Source: Chlamydiota bacterium (GTDB taxonomy: Bacteria > Auribacterota > JACPWU01). From it: DNA of 32,000 bases. The translations under genes were made by a program, and so were the position numbers. The stretch is from contig JACPWU010000021.1 in assembly GCA_016196885.1 (NCBI GenBank), forward strand, positions 51,038 to 83,037, given 5' to 3'. The notes under the pieces are model-generated. The model was not told the DNA's origin. It ran no database searches and saw nothing but the letters and a program-made list of their open reading frames with translations. Position 1 is the stretch's first letter. The number at the start of each line of letters is the position of its first letter. Shown here one piece after another: positions 31,746 through 32,000 of this stretch.

Positions 31746-31747
31746 GC

Positions 31748-32000
31748 CTAATTATTAAGTTCGTTCATCAGGATCTCTACCTTTTTTGCAAATATTCTAT
31801 CATTCGCTATTCTCTCCCTCACATTCTTACAATGCCAGCCGATGGTCTTGTAACTTCTCACCCTAAATTTCTCGGCGACTCTGGCTTGGTTAAGATTGCA
31901 CAGTTCGCATGCTAAATAAATGGCCAATTGTCTAGCCTCATTCTCCCGCCCCCTAATCCCTTTTTCAAGCTCTTGTCGATTGACTTTATACCTTCTCCCG
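31748..32000 (-). CDS. C-terminal DnaA-C-like HTH domain of a gene continuing beyond the window
   Basis: Not in the ORF track. Hand translation gives GRRYKVNRQELEKGIRGRENEARQLAIYLACELCNLNQARVAEKFRVRSYKTIGWHCKNVRERIANDRIFAKKVEILMNELNN, then stop at 31750..31748. The pattern ARQ(L/I)A(I/M)YL...L..(I/V)...F.....(T/S)(I/V)..... matches DnaA domain IV. Confidence 0.6.
   Translation of the reverse strand, partial: GRRYKVNRQELEKGIRGRENEARQLAIYLACELCNLNQARVAEKFRVRSYKTIGWHCKNVRERIANDRIFAKKVEILMNELNN

Overview
This 32-kb window is dominated by minus-strand housekeeping genes; everything from 1 to 28313 reads leftward. All calls come from motif recognition and hand translation. No database search or folding program was run.

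Gene content:
- The backbone is the conserved origin-proximal array rpmH-rnpA-yidD-yidC ... mnmE ... mnmG ... parA-parB-(M48 peptidase)-rsmI, with two near-consensus parS sites.
- Upstream of it lie a type IV pilus/T2SS motor operon (pilB-pilT-pilB-pilC), a DUF47(PhoU-like)/Na-Pi cotransporter pair, tsaD, a CtpA-type S41 protease and UDP-glucuronate decarboxylase.
- On the plus strand sit a small membrane protein and suhB.

Accessory material interrupting the backbone:
- Two toxin-antitoxin pairs: AbiEii-like nucleotidyltransferase plus HTH, and PIN plus Phd-like.
- Three AAA ATPases with C-terminal PD-(D/E)xK-like motifs. One of them is a decayed remnant.
- A signal-peptide protein with an internal duplication.
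- An IS110-family transposase.
- At the right edge, the C-terminal DnaA-C-like HTH of a gene that runs off the window.

The most unusual content is non-coding:
1. A GTAG-headed 22-nt REP family arranged as inverted doublets (REPINs), in three copies.
2. A roughly 180-nt repeat in two copies, with a 22-bp closing stem, conserved core blocks and two variable blocks.
3. A 217-bp GC-rich rod-like palindromic element flanked by an exact 8-bp direct repeat, which looks like a MITE.
4. Long hairpins in almost every intercistronic gap, many with arms made of tandem 7- or 8-nt units.

None of the proposed functions is proven.
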